The notes: generated by a model from the sequence alone, not told the origin. 64,000 bases of DNA from Lingula anatina (GCA_051362555.1 CM120646.1:2480001-2544000), one strand, 5' to 3'; shown: positions 40,653 to 55,500, counted from the first letter of the stretch. Numbers and translations: made by a program.

Positions 40653-40899
40653 GCGGCTCATCATATTACCGCAAACCAAAAGAAACTCGAAGTAATAACT
40701 ATAGAAAGATACCGAACTGCGTAGAAAGGCACACACAATGATTGGCACTTGTGCCAACAGATAGCACAGGGAGCTTTCTTAAGGAGCATTCACAACAAAT
40801 TGATCTACAGACTTATGCGGCTTGCTTTCAAAAGCACGCCATACTAGTTAGTCCGCGGACCAAATTGGTTGTTAATGCTCCCTTAGAATGTAGGCATTA

Positions 40900-41182
40900 C
40901 CCGCACAAAACGAAGTAGATACTCCAGCGCAGTAGACTACTGCAATCATACTGCAAACATGCTTCAAATCTGCTTCGATGTGGGAGCTAATTAGCATATT
41001 TGAAACATGCTTCTATCATGCTGCTAATCTACTGCATTTATGCTCCTCCTCTGTACAAACCTATGCAATTTTTGAAGTAGAATTGCAGTAGGGTATACTG
41101 CATTTCTACTGCAAATATGCTCCACACCTCCACTGCGTTAATGCTTCTTTGCTACTTCGATACTACTGCATTTTCGTGCGGG
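40900..41182. mobile_element. MITE with CCC...GGG termini, TA flanks and internal CTACTGCA subrepeats
   Basis: TA|CCCGCACAAAACGAAGTAG ... CTACTGCATTTTCGTGCGGG|TA. Confidence 0.6.
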
Positions 41183-42096
41183 TAAAATGAAAGCAAAACA
41201 ATTCACTGGTTTATCAGGAACATCATAAAAATAGCACATTTTTATTTGTCTTTTTTTAGGCAGAAGTCTTGTACGAAATCCCCTGACCAGCAGAAGTTCT
41301 TGGAACGAAGACAAAATTTTATAAAATGTTGCATGTAATAAGATCATAAAATACATCTTAATAACATTAATGTTTGGCGATAAATTTAGTAGTACTAACT
41401 GGGCTGGTCCAGGTATGACTATGCAGGAAAAGTGGGAAAAAATCAAAGAGAAACGATTTGGAAAAAAATCCCATTTTAAATGTCAGTATGTAAGTTGTAA
41501 AGATATGGAAAACTAAGTCATACATGTATATGCACAGCACACATAAATATAATATAAACCAGTAGAAAAATATAATTATATATACAATAAAATTAACAAA
41601 TAAATCTTACTTACTCTAAGATATGGATTATAAAAAAGCTGCACTAGAAGTACATTGAAATAGCACGTCAATAGGAACGATAGATGAATATAAATTGAAT
41701 AATTATCTTATGGAATTTGTACAGTTGTTGTGGTGAGAATCCATTGTTACATTGTCGTTGACATTGTTTTCCCACTCACTCACTCACCACTGAAGTGATG
41801 TACTGGACTAGAATACATTACAGTTAGGAACTAAAGGACAGAAAACAATACAATAGTGATTAAAATGACATATCCTGCTGTCTTTGACTTGATATACAGG
41901 TGTAAATGTGCATTTGATTTGCGCTTTGTAATTAAATTTTTTTTATCACAGACTTAATTTGGCACGCGACTGGCGCAAGGATTATGTTTTCACTTCACAT
42001 TGACGGAAATAGCCACACAGTTATCAATTATGACAGTGCAACCTCCAAAAACATGATTCGTTTTCTATTTTCTCGTTCATTCTCAATATTAGACTT

Positions 42097-42169
<73 letters not shown>

Positions 42170-42243
42170 TGTGTGTGTGTGTGTGTGTGTGCGTGTGTGT
42201 GTGTGTGTGAAAACTAAGTTCAATGTTTGGAGGTTGTGGATTC

Positions 42244-44422
42244 TCAGGACGAGCACTCATCCATGTGTTCTAGCAGGTCTAGATGACTTGCGGCATCGAA
42301 ATACTTGTGGCACGTTGGGCATCGAAGCCCTTCACTCATTTCAGTCCTCAAACCAAAACCACCAACGTCTTGTTTACTTCTCTCAATCACAAGTTGGAGC
42401 TCTGCTTCAGAATCAAGTCTCTCGTCAGCAACACCGCCGACGTCACAGCCATGTGATATACCGGGACCTTCTGATTGGTTCAACTTGTGCTGCTTGAGAT
42501 TTTCGTCCAGTTTTTGGGAGACACTGCCTGTGGCCGCTGGACCATCAATGACGTCACAATCTTCTTCTAAATCCCCGGTGTCTGGGACAGTGCGGCCCCA
42601 GCAGGTTTCCCCACTTGGCCCTCGGCTACGTAGTCCATACGGTGTCTGCAAATAGGAAGTGAAACTGCTTTAGTTTGTGATTTTATTGCTTAATGTACAA
42701 AGCGAGACGAATGTTAACACTAAGTATAAACGCCCTCTGTACACCTTTAGTAGGCGTCTGACAAATGAAAATATTTAACGGAAGAACGGACATGGTTTCC
42801 CTTCATAATGAAACAGAATAGGATTTAGACTACTACTACATGTACAGATACTACTACTAGGCCTACTTCTTCAACTACTACCAATTCGACTACTATTTCT
42901 TCTTCTACTACTACTACATTGTACTACTACTGCTAATTAAAAGTTACGTAAGAAAACCCTCCCAATAATTATGTTATACAACTTTAAAAACCACAAACCT
43001 GGTTTCCGTAATATTTCTGTTTGTAGTTAATCAGCGCAGCCTCTCGTTGGTTGGCCATAGCTGTTGCTGCTGAATTTTCATACATGTCAAGCTGTAAAGG
43101 GGAAAAGTGTCTTCAAGGAGACGTCAAAAAGGCACGTGTGAAAGATTGGCATGCTACTTATATTACATGTATAAGCGGTCTTTTCATCAGTGTAAACTTT
43201 TCTATTACGGGAAAATTACAATTTTTCGTTTTCTTTCGTCTTTCGATCATCGAATTACCTTCATCCCATTTACATAATCACAAAAGGACAATAAAAACAA
43301 ATATCTAAATGACAAAACAATAATGTCGATGTAAAATGTTATGCCTTACCTGGCGTTTAAGTAATTCCAACTGCGTCTCCAAATCTGAAATCTTTGACTG
43401 TGCGAGTTCACGATCTCGTCTCTCCGCCTCAAAATCTTCGGTACAAAGCCGGATCTGCTGTTTCAGCATCTCTGTGATGTCATCTTCAGCTCTGGAAGCG
43501 TTGCTCGATAGGTGGCGCACCTGTTCCTCCAGTTCTCCGATTCTTTGTTCTTTTTGGTTACATAATAGCTTGAACTTTCGTAGTTCGTCTTCAAGCTGCA
43601 ATAAACGCAAATAAATCAATAAATAAACAATAATGATAATAATGCATCTTTCTACGAAGAAACGATCGCCAGCAAATCTGAACAACATCATCGGCTCTTT
43701 TGAACAGGGCTGCTTTATAATTTACTTCGAAAAATTTTAAGTTCTTACAGCAAAGTTTGTTCGGACTGCTAAGAGAAGTCTTTAGAATGTTCATGTAGAA
43801 GTTTAAATCTGTTAAACCAAAAAACAAGAATTATAGTCAGTTTAAAAACCTCGCACTGTGAAATGGGTGACACCATATTGGCTTATATTCCCCAGACATT
43901 GAAAAACGTATATGGAAGTCTAATTTAGTTGTCTCTTGTGCTTCCTAACTAAGTCAACATATTTCCCTTTTCCGCTTTATATTAGTATTAGGTTTGAAAA
44001 GGTCCAATCATCAAAATTATCAGGACTTTCATTTTAACTTCCTAGTTGATCTGGAAATCACAATTTGCGGGTGAAATTGTTTTATTTCAGCATGACTCAA
44101 AATATCTAATCGACTTACCGCTTCTTTTTCCTCCTGAATCGCATTCACTTTCTCTTTCGTAGAGATGAGTATTTTATCAATTTCTTTTTGCGTGTCCTCG
44201 TTAAGTTCACCTACTGGCGACTGTTTGGATCGGTCAACTTGACATTTCAAGCTGGATATTTGTCTCTGAAGTGTGACGACAAACGCATCCCTCTGGGAGT
44301 TATATACTTGCCACTTCATATTTGCCTGTACAACCTGACAGAAGAAAAAAATGAACAACAACTATGTTTTACATTGTGGAATGTTACGGAGAGGAGTAAG
44401 CTGGAAAACGATAGCGTGGTGA

Positions 44423-44457
<35 letters not shown>

Positions 44458-47400
44458 CACGAACTTTGGACAGACAAAGTTGTTGCTAAATCTCTATGAT
44501 GGTTTGCTATAAATACTGAAAAATCACCTCCTATTTGAGTCACGCGTGCAGGTGAATGATGGTTGCGTGTCCTCGGCCTAATCAAACTCTGGACCTTGAA
44601 CTTTCGATCATAGCATTCAGATTTTGACCCAAATAGATAAAACCGTTCACGCCGACCTTGCGTGAGTACGCATGGTCTTTGTACATGTAATAAGGTAAAC
44701 AGATAACCTTATGGACTCGACCCCTTTGCCCTCATCAACAATTGCTATCATGACTATGTTGTAAATTTCCAGCCAAAATATGTCGATATTCCAAGTACGT
44801 TTTCTCTCGGGGAAAATGTCAGGAAGAAATAATTTTTCAACTTCCTCTTATCCAATAGGCTGTATTGATATAAATATAAAAGTGAGTCTTATCTAAAGGG
44901 AAGCAATTGGTAACTTTACTTACCTCAGTTAACTGATTTCGCAGTTTGGCAATTTCACTTTCATAGCGCTGTCTTTCCTGAAGGGAAATTGAAAATGTTA
45001 AAAACTTGATCGTGCCCATGAAAACTAAATTAAAGGCAACACTATACATATATTCTAAAGTATATATATTTTCAAAATAAAAAACTAGTAACATAAGGGT
45101 AAACGAATTTAATTTTGAATGTGTATTGACTCGAAGGAAACCCATAGTTAATAAAAAGGCAAATTATTATTCTTCAATTTACCTTTTCAACAACGTCTTC
45201 CTTTTGTTTCTTTGAGTCCCCGGTTGCTCCCTTTCTCTCTAGCTGAATAACCAACGCCTTACATTGCTCTGCGGTCGCCCTCAACTGTTGCCTCAGCGTC
45301 TCTGTTTCTAGACTTAAAGAATGGTTTTCCTGTTCGCAATGGTGGCAGCTATGTTTCAGGTTTTTTAATTCTTCGCGAAGTCGGTGGATTTCTTGTAATT
45401 TCTCGTCTGGTGATGCGGCAAGGAGATGTTTCAATTGTCTGATTTCTTCCATCAGAGTTTCGTTCTTTACCTGAAAATACCACAACCTAAGGTAAGAAAA
45501 GCAATAAGTGATTTTTTGTATTTGTGTTGGGGGGGGGGGGGTACCTGAAAATTTACGATATTATGCAATTCTCCCCCCCCAACCAAAAAAAAAAAAAAAA
45601 ACAAACTGAAAACCACGTCCCTCACCAATTTACAGTGTTAACTTATGTATGTCCCTTTCCTCTTCCCTCAGTCCCTCCCTCCCGAGCACTACTTTATACT
45701 TTCCTGTACTCTTCTGTACTGTACTGTACAACACTCACACATCAAAATAAAATCACTTCAGATAAGTTCATTTGCACTGATTATTAATCTCTCTACACAC
45801 ACCATTCTTTATTGGATAGTTCGACCACACTTGCTTGCTGTTCACGAATCATGTGACGTCTCACATTCTCTGTCTATATATAATATCTCAATCCCAATTA
45901 CATTGCTCATCGATACACGTGGCTCTGAGTCCTCATGGACCATTTCACATTAGGCTTGACGAATCATCACACGATGCCTTGATTTTGTTTAAAAAAGGTT
46001 ACATTCAAACCCGTGGGAGGAGCCACGTCGCACGTGAACGATAAGAAAGTGGTCTGACTCAGTGTCACACACCCCAGGGGAAAGAAACACAGGGGGGTAC
46101 ATTTCGCAAGCACAAAAGTCAGCCAGGAATCAAACGTGCCTCAATTGTATTAACAGACCTGTATATGTTGACCCCACTATTATACAATATGTATACTCTA
46201 CAAATAAAAAAGCCAACAATAGACGCATGACTCAGCACAAAAAACGTGCTTTTTGTTTGATGGGTAACAAAGCACGGGGGGGGGGGGGGGGGGGGGGGGG
46301 ATTACTAAGTGATTGCGACACATATTCAAACATTAATATCATATCTAAGTAGGAAAATTAAATATAAGTTCTTATGGTGGAGCAATACCTCTCCGTGACA
46401 ATGAGATTAAGTGAATCACGGGGTCAAAATTTAGGCGTGTGTCCTCGTATCTAGGGGATGAATGAATTTGCGGGTCTAAGCTTGCCTTCTTTTCACTAAC
46501 ACAGTCATATATATGTCAGTTTATTTGGTATATATAATAAATGTGTGGCATCCATCATATCAATATTTTATCGTTTTAATCCTGATCTTAACATTGTCAT
46601 ACATTCACCACATTTCCCATTTCAGCATTTGAAGGTGATAAACTGCACATATTTTTTCCAGAGCAATTGAAGGATTTTGATCCGAATTCTTTGTCAAGAG
46701 AGTTATTGCCATTAAGTATTGCTAGGATCGATGAAGCAGAATCGACAATGTGTTACTTTGCCGTCCATGTGAACTTTTAACAAATTAAAAAAATAAAATT
46801 TATCATGATACTAAGGGCTTTAAATTTGAACAGCTTTCTGATCATGTTTCCAGTTTTTTTAGGTGTGAGTTTAACAGGAGTTTAGGTTTAACAGGGCCTA
46901 CCCTGAGGTCATTTCCCAGTTACAAAGTCAAAATAAATCCTGTTGTCTGTATCTCGTATCAGACCCTATACTTCAGATGACGTGCTCAACTGAATGTACA
47001 CCTGGCTAATAGCAGATCCCCTCTAATATCTGGGGCTTTGAAAATAGTATATAAAGTTAAAGTATATGTTATAAAGTAATTTTGTAACTCTGGTCCGCTT
47101 GTTGTCTGAATCTGTTGAAAAATTATCATATCTTTGAACTTGTACACTATTTTTATTTAGAGATCCAGATATTAGAGGGTGGCTACCATGTCCTTTGATT
47201 CCCTGTACTACAGGGGACTAAACAAAGTATTTTTAAATAATCTCCTTAAAAGGAGATCGATATTGTTGACAGTAAACTTCTAACTACAGCCACATTATTT
47301 TACTTACCTGCAGTTCTGAGAAACTTGGAGTCTGTATGATATCCTCATAGTTATCAGTCGGGACACTAGAAGCACTCAACTCTGTCGGCAAGCTCATCGA

Positions 47401-47679
47401 ATGTTCCCGATGTTTCCCGAAGTCCCTGACTTCCATGTCACCCCCTGTGTCCAAGTTTTTGTTGGAACTCACAGGGACATTAAAACAGCTTGGTAAACTT
47501 AACGTGTCCTCGCTGTTAAACACCGGTAGACCAGCTGACAGGGGACTTGGCTCCACGTGCTCCGTGGGCGTTGGCGGAGGCGTCGGGGTCTCATGATTTC
47601 TCCCCCGCCCCTTGGACCCTTGCGTGGCGACCGACTGAGAACTCTTTTCGATACGAGTTTCGCGATGTTCCATAAACAT
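42244..47679 (-). CDS. TNIP2: TNIP2/ABIN-2-like (CEP55-related) coiled-coil ubiquitin-binding adaptor: EABR, UBAN and C-terminal zinc finger; 7 coding exons, 556 aa
   Basis: Exons 47679-47308, 45470-45183, 44977-44924, 44334-44119, 43595-43350, 43091-42999, 42645-42244 (1671 nt, all phase 0). EABR-like ANMKWQVYNSQRDAFV. UBAN motif LKQQIRLCTEDFEAERRDRE. C-terminal LRCPTC...LLEHMDEC finger. TNIP2 versus CEP55 orthology needs a phylogeny. Confidence 0.85.
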
Positions 47680-48170
47680 GTGTATTGACTTGACTTGGTG
47701 TGATTTTTGAGTTTCAGAAGTTTACCTGTATAATAAGTCAAATTGTGGGTTAGTCTGTGTGTACTGGTATATATAGACATACACTGCGTAAATTATACCA
47801 ATGTTATGCAAGGCTTCCTTGGGTATTTCTGTTTAACAAAAAAACCCATACTGCGCAACAACATAAATTTTCTGCTGATATTGACAGAAATGGGCGACCA
47901 AGGTTGTCTAAAATCAATGTCGGACAGTGATGCAACATTAAAGTGAATTTAATGAATCAGCCCATCAAACCATTTGAACAATTGCTCATAAGAAATCTTT
48001 TTTAATCCTATCCTCTGGTGACCACGTCAAACTGAGTATTTCACACCAGTAGATTCAATTTGTTACGAAGTTCACAACATTACGATAAATCTTATTATAT
48101 TCACGTAAAACAGTTAAATGTATAATACTTTAGAGTTAATAAAGTGCGCAGAATGTCTTAGAAACACGGT

Positions 48171-48261
48171 ACTCACCTTCTTTGTCGCGTTGCTATGTTT
48201 GATTGCGAATTTGCGATGTTAACCTCGAACCCTATTTATATGTAACATTAGGGGAATCCCC
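48171..48261 (-). promoter_or_regulatory. Predicted core promoter and non-coding exon 1 of the TNIP2-like gene (kB site, TATA, short exon, donor)
   Basis: On the minus strand: kB site GGGGATTCCCC (48261-48251), TATAAATA (48240-48233), consensus donor AAG/GTGAGT at 48177/48176. A matching acceptor at 47727-47726 lies 46 nt before the ATG. Confidence 0.7.
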
Positions 48262-49866
48262 TTAAATATATATAGGTCATGAGTACTGTAAACCGGTACT
48301 ATCTAGATCCTTCTAGATGAACATTAACACAAAGACAAATTTAAAATAGAACTAAATTTTTGACTCTCCTCTTTGGGATTTTTATCTCATTCAACTTTGT
48401 AATTATTTAGAAGTTCCTCTTTTTTTCTGAAAAAATTAATGAATTTCCGTTGTTGATTTTTTACTTTTTATTCTATGTAATTAGTTTCTTTCGTTAAGTA
48501 CTAAAATTCCAAGTGTAGGGCTACATGTAGACTCAGGTTTTTTATATTTATCATATATATTAAACTTTAGTAAAATGGAATATTGTTTATTTCATGTTAT
48601 TATATTTTAAAGTAAAATGTGCTTTCTTTTTCATATTGAAACCGAAATTATTTTATTTTAGACTTAGAAATGACTGGTTTTCTAAAAGAATGCCACAGAA
48701 ACGTGAATGGGCATTTCTATTATATTCTTTCATCTTTGTTTCCCACCTAAAAGCATTTCTTTAAAATTAACTATTTAATAATTAAAAAATGAACCGAACA
48801 AAGAACTAAAAATATTTCAAATGAAAAGCCAGATAAAAATAAGATCAACTTGAATAAAAAGAAAACAATGGATATATTAATTAAGCAATTTAGTATCTTC
48901 AGTATATAGAATAAAAACTAGTTCAATATAATCTTTGAATAGTTAATTTATCTTTGAAACACACTAAGTTACTTGCTAATTGGTCATTTAATAAAGTAAT
49001 TAATAATATGTATTATTGAATTATCAAACTGATCAATAAAATGAATAGCTATTGAATCAATAAAGGGATAAATAAATTAATGGGTCAACAGATTAAGAAT
49101 GAAATACAATAACAATAATTAATATTAAGGAATCGTGTCCTATTAATTTATGCAAAGAGGACTATTTCCCGAGAAAGAGAGGTGACAGTTCGGTGAACAT
49201 GTTTCATCTTGTATTAGCTTTTCCGAATCAGATTTATTACGGCTTAAGAAAATTTTTATATATCATAAACACTGCATTTTATCCTGCAGTGCAGTGGATT
49301 GAGAGATTATAAAATATTCCTGTATGTGGCAGTGATCTTGACTATCTGGTAAAAATATATATGGCCTACAAGCCAAATTATTGTCCAATTTTTATATCAA
49401 ATACGCGGCAACCGCTTTGATGCCGTTCTCCTACCGTAGTATGTGGTGTAGATTTATGAATATTTTTACGAATTTCATTTAATTGCACCATGAAGAACCT
49501 ATGTGGATGTGAGTCATACTGTATGCTAAATTATTGTGGCACTTGACTGTCACAGAGCAGTGATGTGTCGCTGTCTTCATACACAAACACACACATACAT
49601 ACTTAACACATACATACAAATATTGAAAAGGTGGAATTTGACCAAGACACTTCATTTTTCTCTTCGACCGTTCAGGCACAGTCAATCAAAACATACAGTG
49701 TACGCGTAAAACAAAATAGAAACAACTCCTGTTTCTAAACAAGAGTTGCACCCATAAGACAATTTTCAAAAGACACAGAGATCAGTTTGAAGACGATGGG
49801 CTGAGCATGGGAAGTTCGTGTCGATTTACACCAGGTAAACCTGGTTATGTTGCTATCTGAAAGCTT

Positions 49867-49878
49867 GGGGAATTCCCC
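49867..49878. promoter_or_regulatory. Perfect palindromic NF-kB site GGGGAATTCCCC
   Basis: 12-bp palindrome about 1.6 kb upstream of the predicted TNIP2-like TSS. Confidence 0.55.
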
Positions 49879-50293
49879 TTTTCTTTGTGAAAAAAAAACT
49901 AACCCATACGTGCACTACGTCATCAAGAAATTTCCGTTTCTTTCGCATCAAAAACACTTAATTTTTCTATTTTCGTTGTTTATTTTCGCTGACATATTTG
50001 TTTTAAATAGGTCCAATAATTTTCATAAACTTGGGTATTTTTTAAATAAAAGGTTTGAAAGATGAAATTAAAGTGTAATCATTTTTTTAAATGATAAGAA
50101 ATTAAGTGCTGAAGCGATCGCCATGTAGGCCTATATTGATGTAAAAGATATGGTGCACATGTAAATATTCTTTATTTAATATTTTACTAGTTACATATAT
50201 GTTATAATTGAGTCACGATTACCAGATTTAGATACTCTTGCCAGTTCTGCTCAAATGTTTTCTTTATTTTAGACTTTATTCATAAAAATGTTC

Positions 50294-50359
<66 letters not shown>

Positions 50360-51442
50360 CTTTATTGGAATAATGCAACCCGAAGGTTGAAGTTATACAT
50401 ATAAATATACTTTATTTATTTATTCATTTATTTATTTACCATTAAGTCAGAGAAGCCTGGTCATTTTTGGCCCTGTTGCACACTACACAGGTAGTCGCTC
50501 TCACCACCCTGGGGAGTCACAATTGACGTGTTATGTCAAATTAATAAACCAATACATTATTTTATGGCAAAATAACAAGGGCGGCTCGTATTGTGGGTCT
50601 GTTGAAGTCTTCTTAATAAAATGGAAATATTACGATTATCACGGTTATACTACTGGTTAACATTTGATGTGGATATCATAACAATATGAACCTCCGAAAC
50701 AAAAGAGTGGTGTCCCCCACCCAAACCTGTTCCTCCATTGCCTGGTTATATGTAGATCATGAACCTAACGGTGAGCTTCCCAAACCCTCATATGTGTCAG
50801 CATTGTCCTTGACAATAAATAAATAAACAAATAAATAAATAAAATAAAATAAAATTGGGTCTGGTCGTGTTCATGATAAGCACAGCACAAAAAATAACTT
50901 CGAAAACGCCTGGTGGAATTTTCAAAAAATTATTCGTATTAACATCACCCCATCCCTATTACAGTTGAATAGTACTGATTAAGACAAAATCATACAGGTA
51001 AGGATTAAAACAATTAACAATATTTATTTTTTAATAATGTAATGTGTATTACTTAAATTATAGTTTACAACAAATAGGAATGTTGACAATCACATCATTA
51101 TCTGTGCCTGAAAATTGATGAAAACAAAAGGGAGAAGCGCTTAGTACATTAGTATATCATTTGGCTACAACAAACGCATACCATATACCATTTCACAGAG
51201 AACTTTTTTCTCAATTACAGTACAAGAATGGAACCTTTCTAAATGCTTGCCAAAGTTTTCAAACTAAAAAGTATTACACGTAGAGCAAAACCGCTTTTTT
51301 GTTGAAGAACCCGTTGTCTAACATACTTTAAAAAAGGGTGTTTGTCAAAGTTAATGGCATTAAGGGGACAGCAAAATTTCTTCGGTAGAACTTAAGTTTT
51401 TATGAAAATGGCTCGCAGCTTTATTTGTGAGTAATAAGTAAC

Positions 51443-51536
<94 letters not shown>

Positions 51537-51791
51537 ACACTTTGTATAAACTAGATACAAATATTTAGAATACAGTTCTTATACTCTGTCATATATTGAA
51601 TAAGAAGCTTTGTGGATTATGTTTCAAGGAATTTGAAAATGAAGCACATTTTATACTGAAAAGCGCCATACACAAAGAAAAATCAATGTCACTGAGCTAC
51701 ACTAGTTTTAGTACCCTAGTTAAATAATATATCTCAAGCTCAGAGTCATTGTTAAATACACTTGAACACACACATATAAAAGCAGGGATGC

Positions 51792-51824
<33 letters not shown>

Positions 51825-52096
51825 GTAGTAGTAGTAGTAGTAGTAGATTTATCGCACATATGACTAACATAGTGTCTGAAATAGCAGTTAAAGTGTAGGC
51901 CCACACCCAAATAACATTGTAAACATTGCCGAGAGTCGGAAAAAAAGAGAGATGCAAAAAAGTAATGGAATTTTACAGATGTTCCTGAAGGACAATCACT
52001 TAAGTCAAGATGGTGATTTATTAAAAGAAGGTGCAACATCCATTTTAATGTCATGAAACCGTTTTCCCAGAAAATTTTGCATATGTATATCTAAGA

Positions 52097-52243
52097 CAGG
52101 GCCGTAGCCTCCGGGGGGCAGGGGGGGCAGCTGCCCCCCCTGGAATTTGGAATTTTACACACCACACCCTCCCCCCTCGGTAGCTTCGCCCCCTCGTGTC
52201 CGCTTACTGCCCCCCCTGGCATTTTGCTCAGGCTACGGCCCTG
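52097..52243. mobile_element. MITE with CAGGGCCGTAGCC TIR and 5-bp TSD TAAGA
   Basis: TAAGA|CAGGGCCGTAGCCT...AGGCTACGGCCCTG|TAAGA. Confidence 0.85.
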
Positions 52244-52526
52244 TAAGATCAGCGTTGCAAATTATTTTACGTACAATATTGGACGTTATTTACCTTATTA
52301 TGTCCAAGGCACAATGTATATGAAACAAGAAGTAGAGGGTTATGAATATTATCTCTGATATACATTATTTATTTACGTTATTAACTTATTATCATGGGAA
52401 TTCTTTAACCAAATACAATTGTTATTAAAACTTAGTTCTTATAGTGCTTAGTGCTTATATAGTGCAATTTTGTTCTTACAGTGCCATTAAGCACAACTTA
52501 TACATTATCACATGATTCTTGGTGCA

Positions 52527-55500
52527 TTAGACGAGTTTGAAAATGCCGTCTCCAAAGTGACGATATTTCATCACCGCTTCAAGCTTCCCGTTGCCACCAT
52601 GCCCGTCTTCTTTACCATTTTGGATTCCAAATCCACTGGCTTTCACGTACAAGATCTTCAGGTTGTCAGAGACGTAACCCTCCAACTTCACCGGACGCAT
52701 ATCACCCAGGGCAAATGAGCAGATGTCTGGCAGATCTACGGCAGTAAGACGCTGGTATTCTTCCGCTGACATTCCATACACTTTGCACAGCTCCTCTACA
52801 TAGTGCTGCTCAATGATCTCTGCAGGGAGAAAAAAAAACTAACTTCAGACAATATAGAACTGGTGGAGCTTTTCTAGTGATTTTTTAATCATGAGAAACA
52901 CAGGGTATCATTATTTTAAGTCGACAAGTATGTTCTGGACCCAAATATACAAAACAAAACAAATGACGGGTCAAGTTTTATTCCCTTCGGCGACGGGAGA
53001 GAAACACCCTGAGTAACCGTTTTAATAATTTTGGCATGAAGAATCATGTGCACGTGAGTTTTGCTGATGCTTGACTCACCTGCCGTCTTAACCAGCTGTG
53101 CAGCTCTCAAGAAGCCAATCAATATTTTCACTGACGCTTCTGATGTCTTACTTCTCCACAAGGAAAGCATCTGGAAGCGTTGCTCCCAAGCGTTTCGTTG
53201 GTGGTTCATGTCAATGTCATCTATTTCTACGTCTCCAATACCAAGGTGATCTCTTGCCAACATGCGGCAATCGTCCAATTTGATGTGATCACATAACCTG
53301 AGGAAGGCTACTTTGAGGAGGTGGTCCTGATGAAGAGAAAGTAAAGAGTAGGAAAGATATTATAACAAACCTACACAATAACCTGGGTAATAAATACATT
53401 ATGCGATCATTTAAATTATACTTAAGTCGCCGCATCTTTAATGGGAAAGCGTGAATAGTATTTTTTTATAAAACAGAAAATCTGGATTTGAGAGATATAC
53501 CGTGTTATTCTTCACTGATACTTCATGTTACTGTGTAAATACTGTATAAAGGACATACCGAGACCTTGTAAAACGAAAAAAAAAACAATAATAACAGAAA
53601 AGAATGAATACAGTCACAGAAGAATTAATATATTGGGTACTTAAGGTTGCTGTAGAAATGTTTGCTGAAAACTCTGATATACCTGAACACCTGGGTTGTT
53701 AAATCGACACAGGTATTCTGCAATCGCTGTTAGGCCCTTCTCTTTTGCAAGCGTGAACGGGGTTGCTTTCTTCTATAAATTAGAATACAACAGTTGATCT
53801 CACCCTAGAGTGTCTATTCATCCATCCCTCATCTATCTATCTATCTATCTATCCCAGATACTGTTAACCACTTTAAAGTTATTATCAAAATAACTAAGTA
53901 AAGGTCAAGATAAAAAACTAAACAGAGCAATCTTTTAAACATTATGAAAAGGGTAGGCCTATAACTGATTCCGTGATGTTTACAAAACAACTTTTGTCTT
54001 TTCCTGACAATGAGTCTGGACTGCAGTGCATTTCCATTAGTACACGTATTTTAGCTAGTATCATTTATATCGCTTTACATTTGTTTACTTACGGCAAAAG
54101 ATATCAAACAAAGAGTATTAAAGAATGGAGAAATGATCTATTGCCAAGTTGTGTGATAAATGACAGTCGACACACACCTAAGCATACGTCTTTTAACACA
54201 CTAACCCTATCTGATACGTTGGGATCCGCCCCGTGCTGGAGGAGAAGCTGGATACACTGTGTAGCACCATGTTCTGCAGCCAAGTGTAGTGGTGTACGTC
54301 CTATCTGTGGGTTTTAAAAACGTGACAATTTTGATGTATAATTAGTTGATTTTAATTAGTCATATTTCATTATTTTATTTTCACATAGTTCACTGTTTGT
54401 AAATAGTGTTTGGTCATTATGATTGGTCATTAGGCCTTATAATAATATCTATTCTATTAAGTCAGTAGGCCTAATTATCAATTGTATGAAGGACGTTGAA
54501 TGTATATGTATATGTTGCTGTTGTGATGAGAAACTGTAAGATTTGGCTGCAAAATAAATGTCACAGTGAATTGATATAATGTTTTAATACTTAAGTTCAA
54601 AAAAGGCACACACCCAAGCATACGTGGACTCACTTACCGCATCCTGTTTATTGGGATTAGCCTTATGTTGGAGGAGAAGCTGGACACATTGTGTGGCACC
54701 TCGCTGTGCAGCCAAGTGTAGTGGTGTACGTCCACGTGCACTCTGTGGATTCAAAAATTATGATAATTTTAATGCAAAATATGTCTTTATTTTATGATCA
54801 TTCGTCTATATTCTCATATTATTTAACAATTTACTGTATATCAATAGGGTTAATGTATGACATTTAGACCTTACTTATTGATTTTAGTCCGGATCATTTT
54901 GCGATATGAAATTTAAAGATTTGGCAACAAAATTGTGTAAATAAATGTGATTTAAAGTTACATACAATGTATTCACAGTAATGTTAAAACAGCGTACATA
55001 CCAGAAGGAAAAAACTCTTCCCTTCGCACTGTATATTGGGATCAGCCCCGTGCTGTAGGAGAAGCTGGACACACTGTGTGGCACCTCGCTCTGCAGCCAA
55101 GAGAAGTGGTGTACGTCCTAACTGTGGATTTTAAAAACGTGATTGTGTTGATGCATAATTACTTTGTTCATTAGTCATATTTTATTTTAACACAGTCCAC
55201 TTTTTGTAAGTAGCATTTATGGGTGGTCATCAGGCCTTATAATAGTAGCTATTCAAAGTCCTTTATTATCGATTGTAGGAACGACTTTGAATGTCTTTTG
55301 CTTTTGTCATGGGATATGATAGGATACAGAAGCAAACTACAGTATGTGTTACAGTGAATGTGTTTTTTTAAAGTTTGATATAATGATTTAATAATAAAGT
55401 TTAAACAAACCACACACCCCAAGCACATTTCCACTCGCACACTTACCTCATCCTGTATATTGGTATCTACCCCCTGCTGGAGGAGAAGCTGGACACACTC

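Noticed and set aside
41984-43614. Plus-strand ORFs opposite the TNIP2-like exons and across microsatellites
   Set aside because: Antisense shadows or simple-repeat translations (SLSL, YIYI, CVCV).
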